A stretch of 32,000 nt of DNA from Candidatus Methylomirabilis oxygeniifera (lineage in GTDB: Bacteria > Methylomirabilota > Methylomirabilia > Methylomirabilales > Methylomirabilaceae), in NCBI GenBank assembly GCA_000091165.1, contig FP565575.1, positions 990,001 through 1,022,000 on the forward strand, given 5' to 3'. Position numbers and translations under genes: made by a program. Shown piece after piece: positions 23,416-32,000 of this stretch. Position 1 is the stretch's first letter, and every line of letters begins with the position of its first letter. The notes below the pieces were generated by a model, which searched no databases, was not told where the DNA came from, and saw only the letters and a list, made by a program, of their open reading frames with translations.

Positions 23416-24037
23416 CCTCAGTCCGCTCGGGATCATCGAGGCGTTGTTGTTTGTCTCTGATGCGCCGGTCTCACTGGAGCGCATCGAGGCGGTACTCGAC
23501 GGGTACTCCAAAGCCGAGGTCAACCGCCTGCTCGCCGACTTACTGGAACAATACCGCCAACCGGATCGAGGCATTTCCCTCAGCGAGGTGGCGGGGGGCT
23601 ATCGCCTGACGACTAAACCGGAGGCGGCCCCGTGGATTCAGCGACTTCGCGGATCTAAACCGGCCAGGCTGTCCAGGGCCGCCCTCGAGACGTTGGCACT
23701 CATTGCCTATAAGCAGCCGATTACCAAGCCGGAGATTGTGGCGGTTCGAGGGGTGATGGTTGACGGCGTCTTAAAGACGCTGGTTGAGCGTGATCTGGTC
23801 CGGATTCTCGGGCGAAAGCCCGAGGTGGGCAGACCGATCCTGTATGGGACCAGTCGTTCCTTCTTGGAGTATTTTGGATTCAAGGACCTCTCGGAGTTGC
23901 CGACCTTGAAAGAGATCGAAGCGCTGGCCCCGAATCCTGCCCCCGAGCGTACTAATCAGGGAGCGGCTGGGAAGGAGGCTTCACACGAGGCAGTTGAGCA
24001 CATCGAGGAGGCGGAAGGAATCGTCCGGCCCGACTAA
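23399..24037 (+). CDS. scpB: Segregation and condensation protein B
   Basis: From the ATG at 23399: IIEALLFVSDAPVSLERI...GGYRL.TKPE...W.......KP.RLS.AALETLA.IAYKQPITK.EI..VRGV..DGV...L.ER.L. It overlaps scpA by 17 nt. Confidence 0.85.
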   Translation: MDTQADLSPLGIIEALLFVSDAPVSLERIEAVLDGYSKAEVNRLLADLLEQYRQPDRGISLSEVAGGYRLTTKPEAAPWIQRLRGSKPARLSRAALETLALIAYKQPITKPEIVAVRGVMVDGVLKTLVERDLVRILGRKPEVGRPILYGTSRSFLEYFGFKDLSELPTLKEIEALAPNPAPERTNQGAAGKEASHEAVEHIEEAEGIVRPD

Positions 24038-24842
24038 GCCGGCACGACAGACAGGCGGTGGAGAGGAGCGGCTGCAGCGCTACCTCGCACGGGCCGGGCT
24101 CGGCTCGCGTAGGAGTTGTGAGCAGTTGATCCTTGATGGGAGGGTGCGGGTTAACGGTCGGATCGCGAGTCAGCTTGGGACCAAGGTCTCACCCGGCCTC
24201 GATACGGTTACGTGCGATCACAAACCGGTTACCTCCTCTCAGAGTCTACACTATCTCATTCTTCATAAGCCGGCAGGCGTCCTGACGTCATTGTCCGATC
24301 CGCGGGGGCGACCGGTCATCGGCGACCTCCTGCCGCCGCGTGGGCTGCCCAGACTTTTTCCGGTCGGACGACTTGACTATCAGACCGAGGGACTGGTGCT
24401 TCTGACGAATGATGGGGTGCTGGCCCACGGGCTCATGCATCCCAGCTTCGAGGTGGAGAAGGAGTATCTCGCCAAGGTGCGTGGTTGCCCTACGCCAGAC
24501 GATCTGGCCAGATTGAAGGCGGGGGTAGTATCGGAGGGGGAGAAACTGTGGGCGACTCACGCCGCGATTGTGAAGCCAGGGATCGGTTCCGCGTGGCTGA
24601 AACTCATCGTGCATCAGGGACGATATCACGAGATCCGACGGATGTGCGACGCCATCGGACACCCGGTACTGCGGCTCCAGAGGATTCGCGTCGGCCCGAT
24701 CGTGTTAGGAAAATTGCCGAAAGGCTGTTGGCGACAACTTACCCCCGCTGAGCTCGCCGATATTCGTCGTGCCTGCCTGAACGCGGCACGCAGACAGACG
24801 GTGGGACGGCGGACTGCGCGTAGACCTGAGAGCGAGGGGTAG
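23994..24842 (+). CDS. rluB: 23S rRNA pseudouridine synthase (RluB/RsuA family, S4 domain)
   Basis: S4 domain: RLQRYLARAGLGSRRSCEQLI.DGRV.VNGR. Catalytic region: YL.LHKP.GV..S..DP.GR..I.DLLP......LFPVGRLDY.TEGL.LLTNDG. The start is uncertain (TTG 23994 in the track; no in-frame ATG nearby). Confidence 0.8.
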   Translation: MSTSRRRKESSGPTKPARQTGGGEERLQRYLARAGLGSRRSCEQLILDGRVRVNGRIASQLGTKVSPGLDTVTCDHKPVTSSQSLHYLILHKPAGVLTSLSDPRGRPVIGDLLPPRGLPRLFPVGRLDYQTEGLVLLTNDGVLAHGLMHPSFEVEKEYLAKVRGCPTPDDLARLKAGVVSEGEKLWATHAAIVKPGIGSAWLKLIVHQGRYHEIRRMCDAIGHPVLRLQRIRVGPIVLGKLPKGCWRQLTPAELADIRRACLNAARRQTVGRRTARRPESEG

Positions 24843-24868
24843 CGCCCCGAGAGGACTGGAGAGCCTGG

Positions 24869-25945
24869 ATGAAGATTACGACGTTACGGCGTAAGATCGA
24901 TCGGATCGATTCACAGATCGTATCGCTGCTCGGCGAGCGGGCCGAGCTCGTAGTCTCGATCGGGCAGGAAAAAGCCAGGGCAAATCTCAACGTCCACGTT
25001 CCCCAGCGCGAGGAAGAGATTGTCACCCGTCTGATACGGCAAAATAAAGGCCGCTTTCCAGCCCACGCGATCAGGCCTGTCTTTCGAGAGATCATTTCAG
25101 CCTGTCGAGCCGTACAGGGGCCGCTGAAGCTGGCCTATCTTGGTCCGGAAGGGACGTTCACCAACGTGGCCTGCGCTCGGCGGTTTGGGGGTTCGGCCCA
25201 CTTCGTGCCGGTCCACACCATCAGTGATGTGTTTGCCGAGGTGGAAAAGGGGAACGTCGAGTACGGGATCGTGCCGATTGAAAACTCCAGCGAAGGCGTG
25301 GTCAGCCACACCTTAGATATGTTTGTTGACTCCGACTTGAAGATCTGCGGGGAAATCCTCCTAGGGGTGTCCCACAGCCTCCTGTCTAAATCAGGCGATC
25401 TGAGGAAGGTGAAAAAGGTCTACTCACATCCGCACGCATTCGCTCAGTCACGGAAGTGGCTGGAGGCGAATCTGCCTCACGTTCCGCTCTTTGAGGCGTC
25501 CAGTACGGCTGCGGCGGCAAAGCTCGTCACGAAGGATACGACCGCCGCGGCCATCGCCAGCGAACTGGCGGCAAGCCTGTACAAGCTTCGAGTTATTTCT
25601 AGGAAAATAGAGGATACGCCTTGTAATGTCACAAGATTCCTGATCATAGGCCAGAACGGTCCCGCACCAACCGATCACGATAAAACCTCCTTGATGTTCT
25701 CGATCAAAGATCGGGTCGGGGCGCTATATAGAATTCTGGAGCCGTTCGCGAAGTATCAGATCAATCTGACCAAGGTCGAGTCCCGCCCATCCAAGACGAA
25801 GGCGTGGGAGTATATCTTCTATTTGGATATTGAGGGGCACATTGCCGACGAGCCTGTTAAGGCCGCGCTCGCGCTCTTACAGGAGGAGTGTCTTTTTCTG
25901 AAGGTCCTCGGCTCGTACCCGAGAGAACGTTCAATCGAGAGCTGA
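24869..25945 (+). CDS. pheA: Bifunctional chorismate mutase / prephenate dehydratase (P-protein)
   Basis: The N-terminal CM helix is LR.KID.ID..IV.LL.ERA.... The PDT domain is YLGPEGTF...A.......GIVP.ENS.EG.V..TLD. The ACT domain is TSLMFS.KD.VGALY..L.PFA...INLTK.ESRPS. Confidence 0.9.
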   Translation: MKITTLRRKIDRIDSQIVSLLGERAELVVSIGQEKARANLNVHVPQREEEIVTRLIRQNKGRFPAHAIRPVFREIISACRAVQGPLKLAYLGPEGTFTNVACARRFGGSAHFVPVHTISDVFAEVEKGNVEYGIVPIENSSEGVVSHTLDMFVDSDLKICGEILLGVSHSLLSKSGDLRKVKKVYSHPHAFAQSRKWLEANLPHVPLFEASSTAAAAKLVTKDTTAAAIASELAASLYKLRVISRKIEDTPCNVTRFLIIGQNGPAPTDHDKTSLMFSIKDRVGALYRILEPFAKYQINLTKVESRPSKTKAWEYIFYLDIEGHIADEPVKAALALLQEECLFLKVLGSYPRERSIES

Positions 25946-25961
25946 GAGGGCCGGGAGAATT

Positions 25962-27098
25962 ATGGCCAAGTTGCTGGAAGAGATCGCCTCGCCGTATCTT
26001 CAGGGGCTGGCACCGTATATCCCCGGGAAACCGATCGGTGAAGTAGAGCGGGAACTCGGGATTACGGGGGCCATCAAGCTGGCATCAAACGAGAACCCTC
26101 TGGGTCCTTCGCCGTTGGCACTCCGCGCCCTACGAGATGCACTGTCGGAGAGTCATCGATATCCAGATGGCGGCGGCTATTACCTGAAGCAGGCGCTGGC
26201 GAAGCGCCTTGGGTTGACGCCGGATCATCTGGTGCTGGGGAACGGCTGTAATGAACTCCTTGAGCTGACGGCCCGCTGCTTCCTGCTGCCGGGCGACGAG
26301 GTCGTGATCGCCGATCCGGCGTTTGTCATTTACGGGATGCTGGCGCATCTGCAAGGGTGCACCACGGTCTGCGTGCCGCTGAAGGCGTGGACCCACGACC
26401 TTGAGGCCATGGCGAAGGCGGTGACCTCCAGGACCAAAATGGTCTTTGTCGGCAATCCAAACAATCCTACCGGCACGGCTGTACAGCCGGCAGAGCTGAC
26501 GGCGTTCATGGGCGCCATTCCGGACGATGTCATTGTGGTCGTCGATGAGGCGTATATCGAGTACGTCCCTCCCCGGATGATTCCGGATTCACTCAGATAT
26601 GTCCGGCAGGGACGATCGGTCATTGTACTTCGGACCTTCTCCAAGATCTATGGCTTGGCAGGGCTCCGGGTCGGGTATGGGATGGCGCCGCCGTCGATGG
26701 TGGAACTCCTCGAACGGATTCGCGCGCCGTTCAACGTCAATGCGTTAGCGCAGCGGGCTGCACTGGCTGCCCTCGATGACGAAGCCCACCTGTCAAGCAG
26801 CCGAACGATGAATGAGTTAGGCAGGGCGTACCTTTCCGGCGAGCTTCATCGTCTGGGGCTGGAGTGCCCGCCGTCAGTGGCGAATTTCCTGCTGGTCGAT
26901 CTGAAGCAGGACGGACGGGCAACGGCCGATGCGTTACTCCGAATGGGTGTCATCGTGCGCCCACTGGGAGGAGCCCTTTTGAAGAGCCATGTCCGCGTCA
27001 CTATCGGGACGCCTCCGGAGAACGAACGGTTCATGGAGGCGTTGAAAACAGTACTGCAAAAAGGCAGCGATCAACCAAAGCTGAGGGCTGATAGCTGA
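25962..27098 (+). CDS. hisC: Histidinol-phosphate / aromatic aminotransferase (class II PLP aminotransferase)
   Basis: PY.PGKPI.EVERE.G......KLASNENPLGPSP. Also RYPDG, NPNNPTG, DEAY.EY and RTFSKIYGLAGLRVGY. It lies within the aromatic amino-acid gene block. Confidence 0.85.
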   Translation: MAKLLEEIASPYLQGLAPYIPGKPIGEVERELGITGAIKLASNENPLGPSPLALRALRDALSESHRYPDGGGYYLKQALAKRLGLTPDHLVLGNGCNELLELTARCFLLPGDEVVIADPAFVIYGMLAHLQGCTTVCVPLKAWTHDLEAMAKAVTSRTKMVFVGNPNNPTGTAVQPAELTAFMGAIPDDVIVVVDEAYIEYVPPRMIPDSLRYVRQGRSVIVLRTFSKIYGLAGLRVGYGMAPPSMVELLERIRAPFNVNALAQRAALAALDDEAHLSSSRTMNELGRAYLSGELHRLGLECPPSVANFLLVDLKQDGRATADALLRMGVIVRPLGGALLKSHVRVTIGTPPENERFMEALKTVLQKGSDQPKLRADS

Positions 27099-27107
27099 AG
27101 TCCTAAC

Positions 27108-28121
27108 ATGATTATCATCCTCAAGCCGCATACGACCGAGGCGGAGATTGCCCTGGTCGTCAAGAAGATCGAAAGTTTTGGTCTGGCCGCTCACATCTCG
27201 AAAGGGACCGAGCGGACCATCATCGGGGCTATCGGCGATGAGCGGGCCCTTCAGGAGGGACCATTAGAGGCCTTCCCCTTTGTCGAACAGGTGCTGCCGA
27301 TTCTGAAGCCGTATAAACTGGCCAGTCGCGAATTCAAGCCCGACGGCTCCATCGTGAATGTAGACGGGGTGCTGGTGGGCGGTCGGCGGGTAGTGGTGAT
27401 GGCCGGGCCGTGCGCTGTGGAGAGTCGGGAAGGTCTGTTGCAGATCGCACAGTACGTGAAGACCGGTGGAGGACACATCCTCCGGGGCGGCGCGTATAAA
27501 CCTCGGACGTCCCCATACACCTTTCAAGGTCTGGGTGAGGAGGGGCTGGCCTATCTGGCCGAGGCCAAGCAGGCAACCGGATTGCCGATTGCGACTGAAC
27601 TGATGGACAGCCGTGATGCCGATGCGGTCTATCAATATGCCGACCTGATACAGATCGGCGCGAGGAACATGCAGAACTTCAAGCTCCTCACGGAGGTAGG
27701 GTCGCGTCGAAAGCCCGTTCTCCTGAAGAGAGGATCCAGCAGTACGGTCAAGGAGTTGTTGCTCGCCGCCGAGTATATTCTGTCGGAGGGCAACTACGAC
27801 GTCATCCTGTGCGAGCGCGGGATCAGGACCTTTGAGGACGCCACCCGCAACACATTGGATCTTTCGGCGGTCCCTCTGATCAAGCGGCTCTCCCACCTGC
27901 CGGTGGTCGTCGATCCGAGCCATGGGACAGGCAAGTGGCATCTGGTGTCGCCGATGGCGCTGGCAGCCATAGCGGCAGGCGCCGACGGCATCATGGTGGA
28001 GGTTCACCCTCATCCGGAAGAAGCCCTGTCCGACGGCCCGCAAGCCCTTGTGCCCAGCACATTCGAGACACTGATGAATGACCTGAATAGAGTCGCTCAG
28101 GCCGTAGGAAGGTCGCTGTGA
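27108..28121 (+). CDS. aroF: 3-deoxy-7-phosphoheptulonate (DAHP) synthase, type I-beta, with N-terminal ferredoxin-like regulatory domain
   Basis: MIIILKP..T..EI..V...IE..G........G.ERT.IGAIGD is followed by the catalytic barrel ([11 protein letters not shown]...A..VK..G...[22 protein letters not shown]; [11 protein letters not shown]; LKRG; [19 protein letters not shown]; VDPSH). Confidence 0.9.
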   Translation: MIIILKPHTTEAEIALVVKKIESFGLAAHISKGTERTIIGAIGDERALQEGPLEAFPFVEQVLPILKPYKLASREFKPDGSIVNVDGVLVGGRRVVVMAGPCAVESREGLLQIAQYVKTGGGHILRGGAYKPRTSPYTFQGLGEEGLAYLAEAKQATGLPIATELMDSRDADAVYQYADLIQIGARNMQNFKLLTEVGSRRKPVLLKRGSSSTVKELLLAAEYILSEGNYDVILCERGIRTFEDATRNTLDLSAVPLIKRLSHLPVVVDPSHGTGKWHLVSPMALAAIAAGADGIMVEVHPHPEEALSDGPQALVPSTFETLMNDLNRVAQAVGRSL

Positions 28122-29065
28122 CCGGCGAGTTAAGGCCGGAGTCGGTTCATGATGCTGCCGCTTCAACGTCGCTTCCCCTTGTGCAGCGGCTTGCGATCAT
28201 CGGCCTGGGCCTGATCGGTTCAAGCGTGGGATTGGCCTGTCGCGCTCATGGTCTGGCCAAAGAGATCCGGGGAGCCGATATCGAGCCGGATCATCGCGCG
28301 CACGCGGTTGCGCTGGGCATCGTCGATCTCGCCTTCGCGGATATCGCCGCTGCGATTGAGGGAGCCGACATGGTCGTGCTTGCGGTGCCGGTCGGCGCGA
28401 TCGCACCGACGCTGGAGCAGATCGTCCCGCATTTGGCACCGGGCGCAGTAGTGACTGATGTGGGGAGCGTCAAGGGGGTTGTCGCGACAACGATGGACCG
28501 GCTGCTGCCGGCTGGTAACGGGGTACCGGGCCATCCGATCGCCGGCCGCGAGACGTCTGGGCCCGGCGCGGCGGCGGCCGAGCTGTTCGTCGGCGCAAAG
28601 TGCATACTGACCCCCGGCCGGTTGACCGATCCTGCCGCCGTTGCACGGGTTCGCGCCCTGTGGAGGGCAGTAGGGTCTGAGGTGCTGCAGATGCGTCCGG
28701 AGTGCCATGACGAGATCTTCGCGGCCATCAGCCATCTGCCGCACATCGTGGCCTATGCGCTGATGGGTGCTATACTTGATCTGGAAGGCGGCGAACATCT
28801 GCAGGCATTGGCGGGTGGCGGCTTGAGAGATTTCAGCCGAGTGGCCATGAGCCATCCGGTCATGTGGCGCGATATCTGCCTCGCCAACCGTGAGCCGATC
28901 CTGAAGATGATCGCTCGATTTCAGGGCGCCTTGAGCGATCTGGCTGCAATGATCAGCGCTGAAGACGGCGACGGCCTGCATCAGCGGTTTGCGAGGGCGC
29001 GCGCCTGTCGGGAGGGTCTTGGGAACGGGAATGAAGGGAACAATCGCGAGCGCCCTGGTCGGTGA
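28118..29065 (+). CDS. tyrA: Prephenate (or arogenate) dehydrogenase
   Basis: The Rossmann N-terminus is LAIIGLGLIGSSVGLA. Other matching segments are DVGSVKG, GHPIAG.E.SG and SHLPH..A.AL. The GTG start overlaps the aroF stop. Confidence 0.85.
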   Translation: MTGELRPESVHDAAASTSLPLVQRLAIIGLGLIGSSVGLACRAHGLAKEIRGADIEPDHRAHAVALGIVDLAFADIAAAIEGADMVVLAVPVGAIAPTLEQIVPHLAPGAVVTDVGSVKGVVATTMDRLLPAGNGVPGHPIAGRETSGPGAAAAELFVGAKCILTPGRLTDPAAVARVRALWRAVGSEVLQMRPECHDEIFAAISHLPHIVAYALMGAILDLEGGEHLQALAGGGLRDFSRVAMSHPVMWRDICLANREPILKMIARFQGALSDLAAMISAEDGDGLHQRFARARACREGLGNGNEGNNRERPGR

Positions 29066-30200
29066 GCCCCGCGAGCGGGCGCTGCTGGTAGGGATTCATC
29101 GTAAGCGCGACCCGCGCTGGGAGGCGGAGGACTCGTTGGACGAACTTGCGCGTCTCGCGGGCTCGGCAGGCGCTGTGGTAATCGGAACCATCTTGCAGGA
29201 CCGCGATGTGCCGGACCCGCGCTATCTGATCGGGAAGGGCAAGGCGCAGGAGATCAAGGCGCAGTGGGGTGGGAAGGTGGATCTGCTGGTAATCGATGAG
29301 GAGCTGTCCGGATCGCAGCAGCGAAGCCTGGAGGAACTGACCGGATGGAAAACGGTCGATCGCCCGTTGCTGATCCTGGATATCTTCTCCCAGCGGGCCA
29401 GGAGCCGGGAGGGCAAGTTGCAGGTCGAACTGGCTCAGCTTGACTATCGCCTGCCCCGGCTGGTCGGAATGGGAACCCAACTCTCACGTTTGGGTGGCGG
29501 CATCGGAACACGCGGCCCTGGCGAAACCCAGTTGGAGACGGACCGGCGGACGATCCGGCGGCGTATGGCGAAGATTCGGGAGGAACTGGCCAAGGTCCGC
29601 CGTCATCGGGCGCTCTTGAGACGGCCTCGAAAACGCCATGCCATCCCGATCGTGGCTCTGGTCGGCTACACCAATGCCGGTAAGTCGACGCTCTTCAATG
29701 CCCTCACGCATTCGGGTGTTCAGACCGATGACGCCCTGTTTGTGACCCTTGATCCCATCTTGCGTCGAGTGACGATGGCCGACGGGTTCGGGTTTCTGCT
29801 CTCCGATACTGTAGGGTTTATCCGGCGCCTTCCTGAGCAATTGGTGACGGCGTTCAAGGCGACCCTTGAGGAGTTGGACGAGGCCGATCTTCTGCTGCAC
29901 GTAATCGACGCGAGCCATCCCCAGGTGATGGAACAGAAAGAGGCGGTCGACACGATTCTCAGGGAGCTTGGCCTCTCGACGAAGCCGATTGTCGAGGTAT
30001 TCAACAAGATGGATCGCTTGACGGGCGGGATTGGGCAATCTTTCATCGGCGGCAAGACGATAGTGCCGCGAGTGGCGATATCCGCCCTCACAGGGTATGG
30101 CCTCGATCGGCTACTGCAGACGGTGCGTGAGTCGCTTGCCCCTACCGCTTCGCAGGCGAGAGGATACGACCGGTTACCCTATCCCGCCGCTCACGCCTAA
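29031..30200 (+). CDS. hflX: GTPase HflX
   Basis: ERALLVGI......W..EDSL.EL..LA.SAGA.V.........PDP.YLIGKGK..EI. Then LS..Q.R.LE......V.DR..LIL.IF..RA.S.EGKLQVELAQL.Y, followed by G1 VGYTNAGKST and G3 DTVGF. The ATG at 29031 is preferred over the upstream track start at 28989. Confidence 0.85.
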   Translation: MKGTIASALVGEPRERALLVGIHRKRDPRWEAEDSLDELARLAGSAGAVVIGTILQDRDVPDPRYLIGKGKAQEIKAQWGGKVDLLVIDEELSGSQQRSLEELTGWKTVDRPLLILDIFSQRARSREGKLQVELAQLDYRLPRLVGMGTQLSRLGGGIGTRGPGETQLETDRRTIRRRMAKIREELAKVRRHRALLRRPRKRHAIPIVALVGYTNAGKSTLFNALTHSGVQTDDALFVTLDPILRRVTMADGFGFLLSDTVGFIRRLPEQLVTAFKATLEELDEADLLLHVIDASHPQVMEQKEAVDTILRELGLSTKPIVEVFNKMDRLTGGIGQSFIGGKTIVPRVAISALTGYGLDRLLQTVRESLAPTASQARGYDRLPYPAAHA

Positions 30201-30237
30201 GGTTGATCACCCCTTTCCGCCGGTCGGAGCCCTGTTG

Positions 30238-30768
30238 ATGCTGAACCTTGCCAATAGCCTCACAATTCTCAGGATCTTTATGACCCCCGTCATCTCGATC
30301 CTGTTAGTCTATCAGTTTTGGAGGCTTGGCCTGGCAACCTTTCTACTGGCAGGAGTCACCGACGCCCTTGACGGATTCATCGCGCGTTCGAGGGCCCAGC
30401 GAACAGAGCTGGGGATGATCCTGGACCCGCTGGCCGACAAGCTGTTACTCTCTGCGACCTTCGTGACGCTGGTCTACCTGCGTCAGATTCCGCAGTGGCT
30501 GTTCATCATCATCGTCAGCCGCGACCTGATATTGATCGGCGGTTTCTTGATTGTGTATCTGGTGACCGGTCAGACCACGGTGTCTGTCTCACGGATGGGG
30601 AAGCTCACGACAGGCCTGCAGGTTCTGACCGTGCTGGCGACGCTCATCGCGCGCGTCAACGGCGGGATCGGCCCCTATGTGCCGTGGATCATCTATCTTG
30701 CCGCAGCGGTAACGGTTGTTTCAGGGCTCGATTACGTTCGTCAAGGCGTACGGGCGCTGAGCCGGTAA
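30238..30768 (+). CDS. Second CDP-alcohol phosphatidyltransferase (PgsA-like paralogue)
   Basis: From the ATG at 30238: MLNLANSLTILRIFMTPVI... The motif is DALDGFIARSRAQRTELGMILDPLADK. The track ORF starts upstream at 30097 inside hflX. Confidence 0.75.
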   Translation: MLNLANSLTILRIFMTPVISILLVYQFWRLGLATFLLAGVTDALDGFIARSRAQRTELGMILDPLADKLLLSATFVTLVYLRQIPQWLFIIIVSRDLILIGGFLIVYLVTGQTTVSVSRMGKLTTGLQVLTVLATLIARVNGGIGPYVPWIIYLAAAVTVVSGLDYVRQGVRALSR

Positions 30769-30831
30769 AATGTACTGGTGTAGGCGTCGTGATAGTGGCC
30801 CAGGATGTTACACAGGCGTAGGAGTTCCGCA

Positions 30832-32000
30832 ATGACTCACCCATCCCAGGTTGCCTGGAGACCGGACCGGCAGATCATTGCACAGGCCAACATCACCCGA
30901 TTCATGGGGGAGTACGGCATCGCCTCATATGAAGAGCTGATCCGCAAGTCCACCACGGAGACCGAGTGGTTCTGGGATGCGCTACCGCGTGCCCTCGATA
31001 TTGAATGGTTTACCCCCTATACCCGGGTGATGGACACCGCGCCGGGGATTCCGTGGACAGAGTGGTACGTGGGCGGGACGCTCAACATTGCTCACAACTG
31101 CCTCGACCGCCACGCCTCAGGGCCCACGGCCGACAGGCTGGCCCTCATCGCCGAGACCGAGGACGGCGGGCTTACCCATTGGACTTATGGCGACTTAGCG
31201 CAGCGCGTCAATCGGATCGCCTCAGCCATGCGGGGCCTGGGAATCAAGCGGGGGGAGACGGTCGGGATCTATATGCCCATGATCGCCGACGTCGTGACCG
31301 TCCTGCTGGCGTGCCTGAAGATCGGAGCCGTTGCCATTCCCATCTTCTCCGGCTTCGCGCCGCGAGCCGTCGCGGAGAGGCTGCGGGACGGCGGCGCCCG
31401 CCTGCTGTTTACCGCCGACTACGCGTTCCGACGGGGAAGGCGCGTCGAGCTGAAAGCCGCTGCCGATGAGGCCGCTGCCCTGACGCCATCCGTCGAGCGT
31501 CTGGTTGTGTGGCGTCGCTCGGACGAGCCGATCCCGTGGAGAATCGAGCGGGATCTGACCTGGGAGGAGTTTCTGGCCTCGGGTGCGCCAAGTTGTGAGA
31601 CGGAGGCGATGGCATCGATGGAGCCGGCGATGCTTCTGTACACCTCTGGGACAACCGGACATCCGAAAGGGACGGTCCACTCTCACGCCGGCGCCCTCAT
31701 CCAGATTGCCAAGGAGATCAGGTATCACTTTGACCTCAAGACCGCCGACCGCTTCTTCTGGCTTACCGATATCGGCTGGATGATGGGACCCTGGATGATC
31801 ATCGGTTGTCTGTACCATGGCGGAACCGTGGTACTCTATGAGGGAGCACCGGAATACCCGACACCGGACCGCCTGTGGCAGCTCGTGGACCGTCATCAAA
31901 TTACGATTCTCGGCATTTCTCCTACCGTCATCCGTATGCTCATGCGGGAGGGTGTCGACTGGGTCAGGCGCGATGCACTCTCTTCGCTGCGCATTCTTGG
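30832..32000 (+). CDS. Acetyl-CoA synthetase-like AMP-forming acyl-CoA ligase, 5' part (runs off the window)
   Basis: My own translation from the ATG at 30832 (AGGAG lies 8 nt upstream): MTHPSQVAWRPDRQIIAQANITRFM...WYVGGTLNIAHNCLDRH...TYGDL...GIYMPMI......LACLKIGA...IFSGF...MLLYTSGTTGHPKGTVHSH.G...WLTDIGWMMGPW. The ORF is absent from the track because it is open at the edge. Confidence 0.75.
   Translation, partial: MTHPSQVAWRPDRQIIAQANITRFMGEYGIASYEELIRKSTTETEWFWDALPRALDIEWFTPYTRVMDTAPGIPWTEWYVGGTLNIAHNCLDRHASGPTADRLALIAETEDGGLTHWTYGDLAQRVNRIASAMRGLGIKRGETVGIYMPMIADVVTVLLACLKIGAVAIPIFSGFAPRAVAERLRDGGARLLFTADYAFRRGRRVELKAAADEAAALTPSVERLVVWRRSDEPIPWRIERDLTWEEFLASGAPSCETEAMASMEPAMLLYTSGTTGHPKGTVHSHAGALIQIAKEIRYHFDLKTADRFFWLTDIGWMMGPWMIIGCLYHGGTVVLYEGAPEYPTPDRLWQLVDRHQITILGISPTVIRMLMREGVDWVRRDALSSLRIL

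Noticed and set aside
27264-28166. 300-aa minus-strand ORF inside the DAHP synthase gene, plus similar antisense ORFs at 28220-28981 and 31222-31899
   Set aside because: Same reasoning. The sense-strand proteins carry clear family motifs and the antisense ORFs do not.
1-32000. Scan for CRISPR arrays, rRNA, tRNA, and sigma-54 (TGGCAC-N5-TTGC) promoters
   Set aside because: No regularly spaced 25-40-bp repeats, no rRNA- or tRNA-like segments in the intergenic regions, and no convincing -24/-12 element were seen by eye. A computational scan (tRNAscan-SE, Infernal, CRISPR finders) would settle this.

Overview
The window is a 32-kb chromosomal segment from a fairly GC-rich diderm bacterium; spot counts put most genes near 58-60% G+C, and lptC/lptA/lptB are present. 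From about 13.8 kb to the end it holds ordinary, tightly packed, co-directional housekeeping operons. These are lptC-lptA-lptB-rpoN-hpf-rapZ, a lipoate-ligase-like gene, then pgsA-plsY-aspartokinase-comEA-scpA-scpB-rluB-pheA-hisC-DAHP synthase-tyrA-hflX. A second CDP-alcohol phosphatidyltransferase and the 5' part of an acetyl-CoA-synthetase-like gene follow. The first 13.8 kb is more accessory. It starts with two mechanosensitive channels (an MscS fragment, and an MscL with a C-terminal zinc ribbon), a DUF4197 protein, a membrane-anchored Mrr-like protein, a 55-aa membrane protein and a TPR protein. Next is a complete 1,983-bp IS1595-family element (4237-6219) with 24-bp inverted repeats and an 8-bp target duplication. 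It carries an AT-rich orphan membrane-protein cargo gene and sits directly against the promoter and NrdR-box region of a class II ribonucleotide reductase gene. That nrdJ gene is itself interrupted at the catalytic NPC|GEQ site by a 379-aa LAGLIDADG intein. After nrdJ come a class II Fic protein, dcd, and a lower-GC cassette. The cassette consists of a palindromic operator, a wHTH-nucleotidyltransferase-like gene, an overlapping HEPN-like gene, two tandemly duplicated Lys/Ala-rich micro-ORFs with near-identical strong Shine-Dalgarno leaders, and a perfect G8/C8 hairpin. I found no rRNA, tRNA or CRISPR array. The best candidates for something undescribed are the IS cargo gene and the wHTH-NTase/HEPN/micro-ORF cassette. 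All family assignments come from motif recognition by eye and need database confirmation.
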